In this document: positions 1 through 13,935 of the stretch, piece after piece | How positions within the stretch are numbered: the first letter of the stretch is position 1 | Layout of the letters: every line of letters starts with the position of its first letter | Assembly: GCA_038087875.1 (NCBI GenBank) | Contig: CM075989.1 | Location: 12,154,001-12,218,000, forward strand | Source of the DNA: Malacoraja senta | Taxonomy: Eukaryota | DNA: 64,000 bases | Direction: 5' to 3' | The notes under the pieces: generated by a model | Databases searched by the model: none | What the model saw: only the letters and a program-made list of their open reading frames with translations | What the model was told of the DNA's origin: nothing | Translations under genes and position numbers: made by a program

Positions 1-3000
1 TTGGTGAATCCTCAAGGTATACCAAGTAGCATATTCTTGCACTCCAGAACAGGCTCATTTCAATAAGGCAACATGGTACTTAGTGTTAAATGTCAGAACA
101 GCAACAAATTGAAAGAATTTCACAATTTTAATATTTTTCACAACTTTCAGAAATTTTAAAGCATTGTTACACCAAATGAGGTACTTACAAAGCATAGTCA
201 CTACTGTAATATAGGAAATAATACAGCAATGTTCACAGATCAAACTATTATTGACAATATCTAGGTATGCATTTTTATTGATGACGATAGGGATAAGTAC
301 AGTTTAGGGCATAAGGGGAAAACCTGTCTGCTCAACTTCAAAACATGGCTGTTGGGTCGTTCAGATGAGGCCTGGTTAACATTTCACCTAAACCATACCT
401 ACAACACCTAAAACATAATGGTACAGCACTCATCAATATTGGACATAAACTTTGCCTTATATTTTATGGTCAAGTCTTTAAACTAGAAATCTATTGATAC
501 AGAGACAAGCGTGGTACCCACTAAGCCAGAACTGATATGTGGGACAGGAGGGAAAAATGGAAAACGATAAGGAGAGCTGGAAGTTGGTAATCAATTCTTT
601 ATTAAGCATTTCATCAGCCAGTGCATTCACAAGCATGACAATATTGTGAATAACAGGATGATCCTATGTCAAAAAATCAATCCCATCTGAAATACAGGCC
701 ACCAACATTGAGCATGTGAAAAGATTCAGAGAGAACGCTCTACTAGAAAGGCAGAGTAGAAAAAAAGTGACAGTTCAACTACTCTGAGTGTGTCGAGAAT
801 TGCTCCTATAACTGAAATATAAACGAAAAGACACATATATAGTGGACTATATCTTTTTTAAACTACTCTGCTGAGGATTGATTCAGAACGAGTTTACAAG
901 TGGTCAGACACCTAAAATTTAACAAATATGAACAAACTTTTAGACGGCTTAAATTCTGAATTTATATGCCATAATTACACAATAATTAAAAGGAGGTCAA
1001 ATGATGTTTGATGTACCAATCAGAGATTGTGGTTACAAAACATAACCATAATTCAATTTTTTTTTAAATAATTTCCTTGCTGGGAGTATGTAAATGTTAA
1101 AACAACACAATCCATATCCTACTAGACATCTCTCAATTTCACTATGAGAGATTGCCAAAAAGGAAAAAGCCTTTGAACTGTTAAAGCTAACAAGAATCAT
1201 AATGACAATCCTCCAGCAGTTTCATCCCGACAATTGGCCTATTTAGCAACAATTATTGAAGAAGCAAGTTACCCTGAAGTCTCTTCAAGCTCTACAAATT
1301 ATTTATAGCTCCAAAACAGGTCAATGTAGTCAAGTGGTCTATGTCAGTATTTATTTTGGAAATTATTATTTTTATTATGTTTTTATACATGGGTATGAGA
1401 GAATCAAGGAGATCACATATTCTACTCTGAACTGCACAAAAAGATAAAACATCCTCATCTACTTGTTCATACTCCAACAATTAGATGTCTCCTCTCTCTA
1501 GTCAACACAAAAGTTGGATAATTGTAATTGAATACTTAATTCTGGCTTTCAAGTTTTTATCTGACCAGTTAAAGCTGCTGGTTAATCTTAAGGATACAAG
1601 ACAATGCATTTGTTTTGTTACTAGATGCCAAAATAACATATGAATACAAGAGGAGAGATTGTAACTGTAGCCAGGCTACCAGGTAAGTTCTTTTATTTTA
1701 AAATAAGCAGATCAAGTGAAATTTCTAAGGAGGAAAAACGCCAATTAACACGAACAGAGAAATAAGACGATGGCTTATCGACCTCACCTCTACTTTCCTA
1801 TCCATTCCCATATCCTATAATTCAATTAGTATCTAAAGCTTTAATAATCTCTCCTGGGTGTACTATGTATCTGAGTAATATCCAATAACCCATTCACTGA
1901 CCCCTTATCCTGAGACCTATGCCAACTCACTACCAGAGCAACTCACTAGATCTCAATTTTTCATCCGAGATGTACTTTCTTCTGTAAACATGCCTCTCCC
2001 CCGTTGTCGTAGGTGTAACCCTCACCCACATCTCTGTGTCCTGTAGTTCTGATCTTGCTACCTTCTCCACATTGATAAAACAAGGATACAGGTCCCCTCA
2101 TCCTTACCTTTCTCCTCATCAGCCTCCACATCTAATGCATCATTCTTCCACCACCTTCAACATGATCCCACCACTAGTCACATTTTCCCACCCCACCTCT
2201 CTTCCAGCTTTTTCCTTCCTTTTACAATCAGTCTAAAGATGAATCTCAGCCTGATGTCACCTATCCATGTTCTCCAGAGCTGCTGCCTGACCCAGAACTT
2301 TGTGTTTTTCTTATTAGATCGGTTCTTAGTCCTATCTACATCACCTTGCAGATATTTTTCCATCATATATTTATCTAATTCCTCTAAAGCCACTACCACC
2401 ACATCTGCAGATTTCAAAACACACGCTGCATAAGAAACTTTCCTCATGTCGTTCTTAATTATTTTTTATTTTTACTTATGACCTCTAGTCCTCAACATCT
2501 CCACCAAAGAGAACAGTCTCTCACAATCAACTCTGCCTAGACTGTTCATTACATCTGTCAAATATCCTTTAGGGTTTCCATTCTCCAAGGAAAACATATC
2601 CAGCCTCTCTAATCTATCCTTGTAATTGTTATCCCTCATTTCAAGAACCATTGTCATAAATCTTTGCTGGACCCTCTCCAATGCTTTCACATTCTTCCAA
2701 TAGTTCTATCTGCTGTGCCACTCTGCGATAACTCTCTGGGGATGCATGTAGAAAACCAGGTAAATTTCTCTTAATTCAAAAAGATTTACACACTCTAATT
2801 AAGATGTCACATTCAAAAAAGGATCTGCATTACATGTTCAGCATCCTAAGTATCAAGAGCATCATGCCTCAGGTTTCTCCTATATACATTCAGACATACC
2901 CTTTTTCACTCAGAAGAAGGTTCACATATGAAATTAAGTACCAGAGGAAGTGGTTGAGGTCAGGACAATTGCAATGTTTAAAGGACATTTGGACAGGTAC

Positions 3001-4199
3001 ATGGATAGGAAAGGCTTAGAGGGACGTGGGCCAAATGCATGTAAATGGGGTTAGCTCAGGAATACACTTGGTCAGCATAGATGAGTTGGACCAAAGGGCT
3101 ATTTCCATGGTGTATAACCCTATGACTCTAAACAGACTGTCCACCACTCACCAATCAATCTATATGTAGGGCTTAAATTCTTAAATAGATACAAAATGCT
3201 GGAATAACTCAACAGGTCAGGCAGCATCCCTGAAGAACATGGATAAATAACGTGTTGGGCTTCAAAGTGCTACTGTTGATCTTCTGATCACATGGAGTCA
3301 AAGTGTTCTGTAAGAAGTATGTTGAGGAGTTCTTTAAAATACTCTTGGCAGTGAGGGCCTCTCTGTTCTTGATAAACTCTCGTACAGGCTTGGTTTTCAA
3401 ATACTCATGCTCAATTTACTGGGAGACAAGGATGTTGCACAATGCATTGCTTGGTCCATTCTTTCCACAGCCCTAGCTTGACAAAAGATTGAAAATACAT
3501 TATACCAACTGAAAAACTATACCTTAGGAGAAGAAAATATCCCTGATGATGTTGTAAAACTAGGCAGGGAGGGACAACTGGTACCAATTCACCACCTCAT
3601 CTTCTTCTGGGAAGAGGACGGCCCTTGGGAACACCACCATTGTGATATCTTCAAGAAAGTAAACAAATCTAATTGTAGCAAATTACTATCCACCACAGAG
3701 AATGTGAGCATAAAGAGGCTTCTTGAACCATCTGTGGGATTTTTGTCTTTTTAGAGACAGAATCAATATGATATACAGAAGTGTGAAAACGCACACCTCC
3801 AGATTCAGGGACAGTTTCTTCCCTGCTGTTATCCGAAAACTGGATCACCCTATCAGCCTTTTGTGGTGATGAGTTCCACAGATTCACCACCCTCTGACTC
3901 AAGACATTCTTCCTCATTTCCTTCTAAAGGAACATCCTTTAATTCTAAGGCTATGACCTCTGGTCCTAGATTCTCCCACTAGTGGAAACATCCTTTCCAC
4001 ATCCACTCTATCCAAGGCCTTTCAGTATTCGGTAAGTTTCAATGAGGTCCCCCCTCATCTTTCTAAACTCCAGCGAGTAGAGGCTCAGTGCTGTCAAACT
4101 CTCATCATATGTTAACCCACTCATTCCTGGGAATGATTGTGTCACAGCTAGTACTAATAGACTATTCAATGCCTTATAGTTGAAGGAGTAAGGTGAACT

Positions 4200-5230
4200 G
4201 AAAAGGATGCTGCAGAATGACTTGGACAGGTTGGGCGAGTGGGCAGAGAAGTGGCAGACGGAATATAGTGTAGCAAAGTGTGGAGTATGTATTTTGGTAG
4301 TAGGAATAAAGGTGTAGACTATTTTCTAAATGGGGAGAGAATTCAGAAATCGTAGGTGCAAAGGGACTTGCGAGTGCTGGTGCAGGATTCCCAAAAAGTT
4401 AATCTGCAAGTTGAATCGGTAGTAAAGAAAGCAAACTCAATGCTAGCGTTTATTTCAAGAGGGATTGTATTTAAAAACAGGGATGTAATGCTGAAGCTCT
4501 ATCTTCTTCCTATTGAGTCCACACACAAGCTTAGAAGTTGTTCAGCCAGAGCTGAACACACTTCTCAGCATCTGCATACAATGGTGTATGTCTTGTCGCT
4601 GCTTGTGCGTGGTGGTGGAAAGATTGGTGGAAACAGGGCCGCGACATGAATGCTCTTTCCTTCAATTGCCCTATAAGGCGCTGCTAAGGCCGCATTCGGA
4701 ATTTGTGAGCAATTTTAGGCACCATATCTGAGGAAGGATATGCTAGCTCTGGAGAGGTTCCAGAGGATCATTTACAAGAATGATCCCAGGAATGAGTAGG
4801 TTAACCTATGAAGAGCATTTGACGGCACTGGGCCTGTACTTGCTGGAGTTTAGAAGAATGAGGGGGTACCTCATTGAAACATACAGAATAATGAAAGGCT
4901 TGGATAGAGTGGATGTGGAGAGGATGTTTCCACTAGTGGGAGTCTAGGACTAGAGGTCATAGCCTCAGAATTAAAGAACATTCCTTTAGGAAGGAGATGA
5001 GGAGAAATTTATTTGGTCAGAGGGTGGTGAATCTGTGGAATTCTTTGCCACAGAAGGCTATGGCCAAGCCAGTGGATATTTTTAAGGCAGAGATAGATAG
5101 ATTCTTGATTAGTACAGATGTCAGAGGTTAAGGGGAAAAGGCAGGAGAATGGGGTAAGGGGGGAGAGATATATCAGCCATGATTGAATGGCAGAGTAGAC
5201 TTGATGGGCCTAATTCTACTCCTATCATTT
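4200..5230 (+). mobile_element. CR1/HER1 LINE fragment with a nested ~165-bp insertion (4502-4668)
   Basis: QRDLRVLV..VVKKANSMLAFISRG and a CR1 3' UTR. An opposite-strand CR1 fragment lies at ~3855-4130. Confidence 0.85.
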
Positions 5231-5944
5231 ATAAATGGGCCAACAGAATGTAAATTAATGAGCTCATTTGTGTACTAATGGAATACAATGGCAGGGAAGT
5301 TAAATGTAAACAGAACTTAGAACTATTATCTTCAACTAGTTTCTATAATACATGTGTGAAAGAAAGGGAATATGGCAGGGTTAGAAAACATAATTTAAGT
5401 GGAAGCAGGCTGGTGTGGAATTATAAAGCATGTGAATGTACAACTCAGCCGCTAGCTTAAACACCATTTAATGTCATAACTAATTTAGTTGCAGCCTCAA
5501 CTCCATATTCCTGAATACCTTTGGTACACTTTCACTTCTTAAGTTAAACATTTTCCAACACTCCGCCCTCTCCACTTTATGACAATGTTTCAAAGGCTCA
5601 TGACTTTTTCCGAGAGAAAAAAAGCCTCATCTCTGTCTTAAATGGTGAACATCTTATTTTTAACCAGTGACACCTAATTCTCGATTCTTCAAGCCAGGAA
5701 ACGTGCTTTCCTTCAGGATAGAGAGACATGCCTGCAGATGCTGGAAGCTTGAGCAAAACACAAAGTGCTGGAGGAGAGCAGCGGGTGAGGCAGCATCTGT
5801 GGAGGGAAATGAACAGACGATGTTTTGGGACGGGACCCTTATTCAGACAGTTTGAGTCCCTCCAGCAGTTTGTTTTTTTGCTCGAGACCTTCAGGATCTT
5901 TTATTTACAATCAACTCCCCTCTCACTTCATAGCCCCCAGACAG

Positions 5945-6545
5945 GGTTCGGGCAACTCACACAGCTTCGAACTTTCTGGCACCCGAGGCTCGTGGTACTT
6001 TGCAACGTTAAAGGTGCTCGATTCGGTGTAACCAATGGACAAAACCACTGAGGCAGGATTAACTCCACAATCGGCAGTTCGGCCACAGTGGGCTTCACTT
6101 CAGGCTGTCGATGCCGACGCTGGAAGCGGGCTCTGGGTGAACGCCGCCGCAGCCACCACAGCTCCACCGTTTGCAGGCGACCTGCGGTTGCTATCTTTGG
6201 TTGCTAGGGATTTGACGTGTCTCCAGCCCGCATGCGCGGGGAGTCGGAAGTGACGGATGGGTTGCGTGGGGCAGCGGGTTCCGGTCGTGTCGGACGCCGC
6301 GCAGGTGGGACGTGTTCAGGTAGTCAGCGGGGCGACGGGCCGGCCGGTCGTCTATCTATCTGGTGGGTGGGTGCAAAGAACCCCGAGCTGCAACTGAAAC
6401 GCCCAAGCTCACAGTCTCAGCGAAACCTTGTACTTTGCACCGGTTTCTTCAAGTCTGATGGTTAAAAACGGGGCGTTGTGAATGATAAGTTTGCAGTGCA
6501 GCAAGGTGTGTGACCGGCATATGTCGTCGGCAGCCAGGGCTTTCA
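5945..6545. promoter_or_regulatory. CpG-island promoter, likely SNAPC5 TSS and possibly bidirectional
   Basis: The only long CpG-dense non-repeat segment upstream of SNAPC5. ETS/GABP-like CGGAAGTG at 6245-6252, NRF1-like GCATGCGC at 6230-6237, RFX-like GTTGCTA half-sites at 6187 and 6200. Candidate + donors after 6304 and 6319. Confidence 0.7.
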
Positions 6546-6920
6546 TCAGGGAATTAATCTGCAGCTGTTAGTGTGGATTTGATGATAAAGCTTTTCCTCT
6601 GCCTTAAACGTTGTTGAGTTTGAGTCATGGAGCTCCCTCCCTGACAACTGTGGAAACATTTTCTTCTTGCAACGAACAGTCTGTTAGAGGAACGTAGCGG
6701 GTGGAGCAGCATGTGTAAGAAGAAAGGAATTGTGGATGTTTGCGGTCGGGACTCTGCTTCAAGACCCTGCAATTCCTTTCCCGATCCGCTGAGTTTCTTC
6801 GGCAGATTGTTTGTTGCTCCAGATTCCAACATCCGCAGTGTCTTGTGTCGCGACCCGAAACGTCACCTATTCATGTTGTCTATAGAGATACTGCCTGACC
6901 CGTTGACCCAGCACTTGTGT

Positions 6921-7329
6921 TAAAGAAGGAACTGCAGATGCTGGAAAATCGAAGGTACACAAAAATGCTGGAGAAACTCAGCGGGTGCAGCAGCATCTAG
7001 GGAGCGAAGGAAACGGGCAACGTTTCAGGCCGAAACCCTTCTTCAGACTGATAGGGGGTGGGGAGAAGAAAGGAAAAAAGGCGGAGGAGGAGCCCGAGGG
7101 CTGGGGGAGGGGAGGAGACAACCAGAGGGCTGATGAGGGGGAGGGGACAGCAAGGGCTAGCAGAATTGGGAGAATTCAATGTTCAAGCCCCCAGGATGTA
7201 GACTGCCCAAGCGGAATATGAGGTGCATTTCCTCCAATTTCCGGTGTTGCTCGCTGTGGCCATGGAGGAGACCCAGGACAGAGAGGTCAGATACGGAATG
7301 GGAGGGGGAGTTGAAGTGCTGAGCCACAA
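6921..7329 (-). mobile_element. Penelope-like element 3' fragment (GIY-YIG end and pLTR)
   Basis: VAQHFNSPSHS...RKLEEMHLIFRLGSLHPGGLN GIY-YIG C-terminus. 16-bp TSD GACCCAGCACTTGTGT at 6905-6920 and 7330-7345. Confidence 0.85.
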
Positions 7330-8465
7330 GACCCAGCACTTGTGTCTTCCCGTGACTCCCCCACCTTAAACCGTGCTAGTGAAGGTGCAGCTGCCATATT
7401 ACTGGGCGATAAATCCTATGGCCTGGACTAACAGATCTGAATTAATATCCAACTGCGACTGAAATTTTTACACCAACCCTACCCTGACTTATTTTATTCT
7501 CCCAACATTCTTATTAACGCGCCCCTTCTCACTCTCCCCCATAATCTACTCACAGCCACACGATGGGCAATTTACAGTAAATCCACTTAGTCACATGGAG
7601 AACATGTAAACTCCACACTGACAGCAGGGTCAGTTACGTCATACCTCGTCTCCATTGCAACTCGGTTAACCAACCGCCACCGCCAGATATGTGCCTTCAT
7701 CATCCACAAACTCGTTTTTTGGGGAAACACCTACTAAGATTTCCACCATCCTTTGTTTAGAAAATGTATTGCTTCTAATTTCAAAGATGAATGGCTTGGT
7801 TCTCAGTCCTTTACTTAAATTTCTTCCATGTCAAATCATTTTGAACATTTCCATTAGAATGAAGCATAACTTTCTAAAGTCGGTGTTTACTCAGATTGGA
7901 TATTTAAGCTAAAGTGGGTAGCGGATGGAGAGAGCTTCAGTTTTTTTAGTAGTACACAGAGCAGTGTAGAGATAGTGTACAGGCTTAATTTTCCTTTGCT
8001 GGATGCCTAAGGTCAATGGTCGATATGAGATCTGAAAATTCTTCCACAGATGGAGTGAATGGGTGGACAGTTTGGATGCTAACGCACTCCTGCCATTTGT
8101 ACCAGGCTTCTGACAAAAGTATTTGAAGTACTTGGAGCCATCATAAATGCTCTTTCTCCATTTTAAGCTGTGAATGACCTGGGATTCTCATGTCGGTGAA
8201 GGTTAACTAATATTGTGGATGTGATTCCTCCAAGTACTGAACAATTTTTCTCTTTCAGGTATTGATTGACTCGTGAAAAGACCTTTATTTCATGACGTAC
8301 TGCTATTTTGTCTTTAATTAGCAGTCTAATTTCCGAAGCTGCTCCTGCATATCTGTCCTGGTCTTCACACATAGATAGCTGCTCCTGGTAGGACTGCAAT
8401 GTATGATTGAGAGCAAGTGAATTAAACATCTTGCAGGTGAGCTGTAAATCACAGTGAGGCTTAGA

Positions 8466-8555
8466 ATGTTGAGTCGGCTACAAGAGCTGAAAAAAGAAGA
8501 GGAAGCTCTACTGAAGATCAAAAGCACTTTACAAGATCAATTAAACCGACTCAAG
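8466..8555 (+). CDS. SNAPC5: snRNA-activating protein complex subunit 5, coding exon 1
   Basis: MLSRLQELKKEEEALLKIKSTLQDQLNRLK matches the recalled SNAPC5/SNAP19 N-terminus. Donor AAG|gtaaat, phase 0. Confidence 0.95.
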
Positions 8556-10277
8556 GTAAATCCACAAAGAAGGTTTGTGTTTAGTGGATTGTCCTCTTGT
8601 GGTGCTGTTCCATGCCAGGAGATGGAATCCCTTTCAATCAAATATTTCCAGGTTAGGTGATGTGCCAGATAAAATGCACAAATCCTTGCCACTATCTTAC
8701 CATTCATCTGTCCAGTCTTAGAACATAGGACAGAGCAACGCAGGAACAGGCCCTTTGGCCCACGATGTCTGTGTTCCATCTGATGCCGAATTAAACTAAT
8801 CTGTTCTGCCTGCATGTTATCCATGTCTCTCCATTCCCTTATCCTATAATAGCAACAGCTTGGCAGGTAGGATAATATTCAAATCCCATCTCTAACAAAC
8901 CCTCCAGTGGACTTGGGGAAATTTAATCAAATAAAAATCTCAGCAGTGTAGTTATATCACATCAGTCCATCTCAGCAGATCATGTATTTCTGTTAAGGTG
9001 AGAAATCCACTCAGGAAACTTAAACTGGACTGCATGATCTGCTATAGGTGTGTAAAAAGAAAAAGGCAAGCACAGATAGAGATGAGTCCCTGACACAAAG
9101 AGATGGGAGGATTTGTATTATGGAATAAGCAAATGGCACAGAAACAATTACCATGTCTTCATGAATTAATCCAGCCAGAAATACCAGAAAAGTGTCTAAT
9201 AATTAAATAATATATATTTTTAAAAGTACTAGAAATACAAAACACCTTTAATTTACTTCTCAGAGTTTTAAAAGAGGTAGCGATAGAGATAGTAAACGGT
9301 ATGGGTATGATCTTCCAATCATCTGGAATTGTTTGTGTGTGTTAACATGCAGGCATTACAAAGGAAAATTGTATGTTATCCTTATTTATCATCAGAAGAT
9401 TTGAGTACAGGAGTAAAGAAGTATTGCTGTAATTATATGGGGGCATTGGTGAGTTCTGTGCACAGATTTGCTCTCTTTATCTTGCAAGAAAGTATACTTA
9501 CTACACAAGGAGTGCAGTGAAGGTTCCCAAGACTCGTTCTGAGGATGATTTGTTTTCCATGAAAGATTGAGTTGGCCAGACTTGTATTGTTAAGAGCTTT
9601 TAGATGAACAAGAGATTGTATTAGCATTTAGAAAAGTTAGGGCTCAACAAGGTGGACATAGGAAAGATGTTTCTACTGGCCTATCCTGTTACATAGTGCA
9701 GGCTCTGTCATGAATTTGTTCATAACCAAGATGGAGTTGGGGATGTGGAGATATTTCTGGAAAATGGCACTTAAATAGATTGGTCATGATCCGGTCAAAG
9801 TACTCAGTCTTGTTAGAATGCAGCTGAAAATTTAATAATACAATTAGGCCCTACAGGTTCACTAAGATCATAATTAATCAGGTTGTGGCCTCAACTTAAC
9901 CTCCCTGCCTAACCATTGACTTCTCTGAGCCCCCAAATCATGCCTCCTCATCCTTGATTATATTTAAATATATTTAATAATTTACAATATTGAATGAGTC
10001 ATTCAGCCAGTATTTGTGTCAGTCATAAAATAATAATCTAAACACCTTCCAGCATTTGGTCTAAAAACATCAGGCCATGCTGAATTTTGATAGAGGCCTG
10101 AGGGGCTAAATAGCTTTTCAGTTTCTGTGTTGTATACATGTTTGATTTATTTAACCTTTATGTGACTAGCAATGTCGCTATTTTTCAAAATACATTATGA
10201 ATGCAAGTTATTGTTAATGTGGCTATCTGCAGCTTTAGGAATGTGTCCATGTTAATGTGAGTTTGCTATGATTGCAG

Positions 10278-10373
10278 GTAGAAGAGTTGGCCTTGCGATC
10301 CATGATCATGACCAAAGATGAAGGCCACACTGTTGGCACTGACAAGTGTGGCCAAACACCTGAATCCATGGAG
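10278..10373 (+). CDS. SNAPC5: SNAPC5 coding exon 2
   Basis: ttgcag|GTA...GAG|gtgaga. VEELALRSMIMTKDEGHTVGTDKCGQTPESME continues the conserved LKVEELAL motif. Confidence 0.93.
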
Positions 10374-11672
10374 GTGAGAAATGTGTTTTGTGCTGTAAAT
10401 ACTGTCATGTTTAATAACATTTCCAAGATGACAGATTAGACAGGCACAGTGACTGCTTGTAATTTTGTTTTGGTTCTGTGCTGTCTTAATTCTGGTATGC
10501 TTTAGTATTTATATGTACTTTTCTTCATTCATACTTGCACCTCATTTCTTTGTTCTATTTTCCATTACTTGGAGAAAATATTGCAGGAATTTAGAACAAG
10601 ATAATAAGGTTGAATAGATTAATTTGTAAAGAACCCATTGTGTACCTTCTTCCTTACATTTCTACTCTGCTTCCCCTGTAGTTTGCTCATTTGTGTATGT
10701 GCCTTTTAATTTTTTCTCTTGGGTTCTGCTCTACACTAACTATTCTTTGGTCAGCTTGTCACCAGTACTCATTTTGTCAATTTGAATGCTGATCCTGTGA
10801 TTGTGAGCAAGTCAAAGCTTGGAAATTCTGCTGAAAGTGAATCATCTCATGACACTCAAGTCTTTAAATTTGCAAAGTACAAATACAGAACATGACAGTG
10901 TACTATTCACTTACCTAGATAAGCACAGTTCAGATAACATTCAGAAACTCAAAGCCATCCAGGATAAAATAGCCCATTTGATTCACGTTCTCAGAATTTA
11001 CAGGAATAAACACAATTTTTTTTCAATTTGCATTTATGCACAGATAACATGACTTTGCGTTAAAGAAAATTAGGATACAGGCCATTTTCTAGGGATACAA
11101 CTCCCCATTAATCTGGGGTACCCTGTGTTTGGTCCTGATTCTCAGTGAAGTGAAGTTGTGTATTTTCAATGACACATTAAATGGAGAAGCCCATCCCGGT
11201 GAGAACGATCCCAGAACATTACTTTTGAGGAGCTCTTCCTGATCTCCCTGCCTGACATTCCTCAATTCTGAAAGATACCTGATCAATTTCTCATTGCTAT
11301 TTGCAGAAGCTTGCTATGCACAAATTGGCAGCTTTACACTCCAACACAACTGTAAATTGATTTGAGATGTTATAAGGATGTGAAATTTTCCAGAGAATCA
11401 AAAGGTATCTTCCTCAAGCCTACGTAATCCATATCCCTGTCCCCTCCAAGGTTCTCAAATGTAGGGACCCAACAGACTCATTCTCCTCAAAATGGGTTTT
11501 GAACTAGAAAAGAGAAGGGAGCAAAACATTTAATATTATGCAAAAGCATATTTTGCATTAGAATAGTCATTCTAATCTTAAATTTAAGGAGTGAAAGTTC
11601 TTTAAGATTCATTATATCTTTAACATAATGTGTCTATTGATTATTTTCATTGCTAATCATTTCCTTCTACAG

Positions 11673-11807
11673 TCTTTGATGCAGGTAGACAATGAAAATG
11701 CCATCAATCAAACCCAGCTACAGTTAAACACATCCCAGTTTGTTACTCATATAAGACATGATGAGGAGGAGGAGGTGGAAGAAGAAGAGGATGAAGAATA
11801 TAACTAA
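11673..11807 (+). CDS. SNAPC5: SNAPC5 coding exon 3 (stop)
   Basis: ttctacag| SLMQVDNENAINQTQLQL...EEEEVEEEEDEEYN*. VDNE-x-x-INQT motif and acidic tail are typical of SNAPC5. AATAAA at 12036 and 12326. Confidence 0.92.
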   Translation, partial: SLMQVDNENAINQTQLQLNTSQFVTHIRHDEEEEVEEEEDEEYN

Positions 11808-13935
11808 ATCATGCTTTGTGTCAAGACTTTAAATTAATAGCACAAAAGATGTCTTCAGATTTTTTTTCAATGTACAGCAAGTTGGATGTATCAACACAAC
11901 AGCCTTTGAGAACTGCAGACCGTAACTTCTGAAACATTACGTTGAAAGTGTTGTCTTCATTGCTTCACCTCCTTGACAGAAGCGAGAAGGGCAGCTGCAG
12001 TGGACAACAGTTGCAGCGGTGCAACCTTTGTGCTGAATAAAGATGTGTTATCGGCACAAAAAAATGACAAGTCCCTGATAGTTAGGAAGACAAAATCAGA
12101 AATGCATCTCTGAGGGTGTGCAAATTTTGCAATTTTGAACCTTCTTGGAACATGGGTGCTGAGGTTTTGGAACAATAGACAACAAAGTTAGCTGGATGTA
12201 TGAATTATATTCACATGCTGCAGTCTCTGTGCTTGGTCACGGGATCTTTTATTATTTTATTACTTCTGTGCATCCCCTGAGGATCTCCAATAGTGTCTAA
12301 TCACTATTGCAGTATTAGTTTTGTTAATAAAAAAAAAGCCTGTGCCATTACAATAGTACCTGAAAGTACCATTACAATAGTAAGTGTCCATGTTTATGGT
12401 AACAAGCTTGGGTAGTCTAACAAGGAGAGAGGAATGTCTACCGAATGTCGGCAGAAATTACAGGGAGACGGGAATGTCTGGTGTGGCATCCATATTACTC
12501 ATCTACAGCTGAGTTGGTGACTGCTTCTTGGTGTCATTACATTTCTTAACAGTTCACAGTATTGCATTGGCTATGCTTGTAGCAATGCAATTAATTACCC
12601 GTATCAGCACAAAGTGCACATAACCCCATGCATTTATTAAACCACGATAAAAAGATTTCCTTTAAATTGTTTTGGGGAATGTACCCTGAGACAATTTTAG
12701 TGACGGCTGATTGCTGAAAACAATGTTGTTGACCCTCCACCTGAGCAGGGCGTACTAAGCTCTTTGCCAGCCTTAATGCTGGGGCAAACAACCACTGTTC
12801 TTAGTTAATGTAAGCTGCGGAGAAAGACAGGAGGAGAGGAAGGAATAGGGTGCTATTTTTGATTGGGTGTCCTTGCAGTCCATTCACACTGTTGGACTGT
12901 GCCTGAGCTCATCTTATTTGTACTTGCAGAATATTTGGCAGAAGCAAAGCATTTCAGATATGAAATGAGATTCAGAATTTGGGAGTTGAGAAAGTTTATT
13001 TTTCTTGTATTTTAAAGGGAGAATATGTGTCAAGATGCAGGGTGCAAAATGGCATTGATTTAGTTTGTATGTTAGTGATGGGAGATTGTAACAATCTATA
13101 TGACATACATTTTTTTTCTGAATATAAATCTTAACAACACATATTTTTACTCCTAAATTGAAAGTAGTCATAATGATTGTAGGATTATCCAGTATAGACT
13201 TGAAGCTAATCATTGACAGGTAAACCATCATTACAATTAAATATAATTTTAAGCCAACTCAGTGCATGTCAGATGAGACTCGGAACCAAACAGCACATAA
13301 GCTGAATACAACAGAATGAAGCCACAGGCACTTCATGAATTGTTTTTCAAATCTAGTGCAATGAGAAGATTCCAGAGGACTGAGAATGCCAACATTGTTG
13401 CCTCTCAAGTGCTAGTGACAGCAGGAATAGGAGGAAAGGGCAGATGAATGCATGGCTGAGGTGCTGGAGCAGGAGTTAAGGCTTTTGGACCATTGCGATC
13501 TATTAGGAGCAGAGGTGACCTGTATAAGACACAGAAGCAGCTACTGAACTATAAGAGGAACAATATCCTGGCGCACAGGTTTGCTGGACTACTCAGGAGG
13601 CTTTAAACTAGTCTAAACTAACAGGAGGGTGGGTACCAAAAAGGGCTTATCCAGAGAGGTATTGTAAACAAAATCAGTTGTATTTTTTTGCTGTTTTGAG
13701 GAAACACTTTGGCTCATTGATCATGAAACTTTGTGGCAGGTGCTAGACAGATTAGGCTCCCTTTAAAAGATAATAAGATTCTGAAGCTGTCGCAGTCAGA
13801 TGACTGAATGTTCTGTAGTGGCCTGGAGATGGACCAACGTCATTTGAACTGGGATTAAATAGTTCATAACTGTTCATAGTTCATCAATAGTTAAATAACT
13901 GTGTTATTGATCCTATCCCATTCTCCTTCCTTGTC

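Noticed and set aside
1625..1682. Plus-strand exon-like segment (ctag|...CAG|gtaagt)
   Set aside because: No recognisable peptide or partner exon, so it cannot be supported from the sequence alone.
3290..3750. Possible degraded coding remnant
   Set aside because: Multiple stops in all frames and no motif I could identify.
5928..6465. ORFs across the CpG island
   Set aside because: GC-rich, stop-poor sequence with non-ATG starts and no family resemblance.
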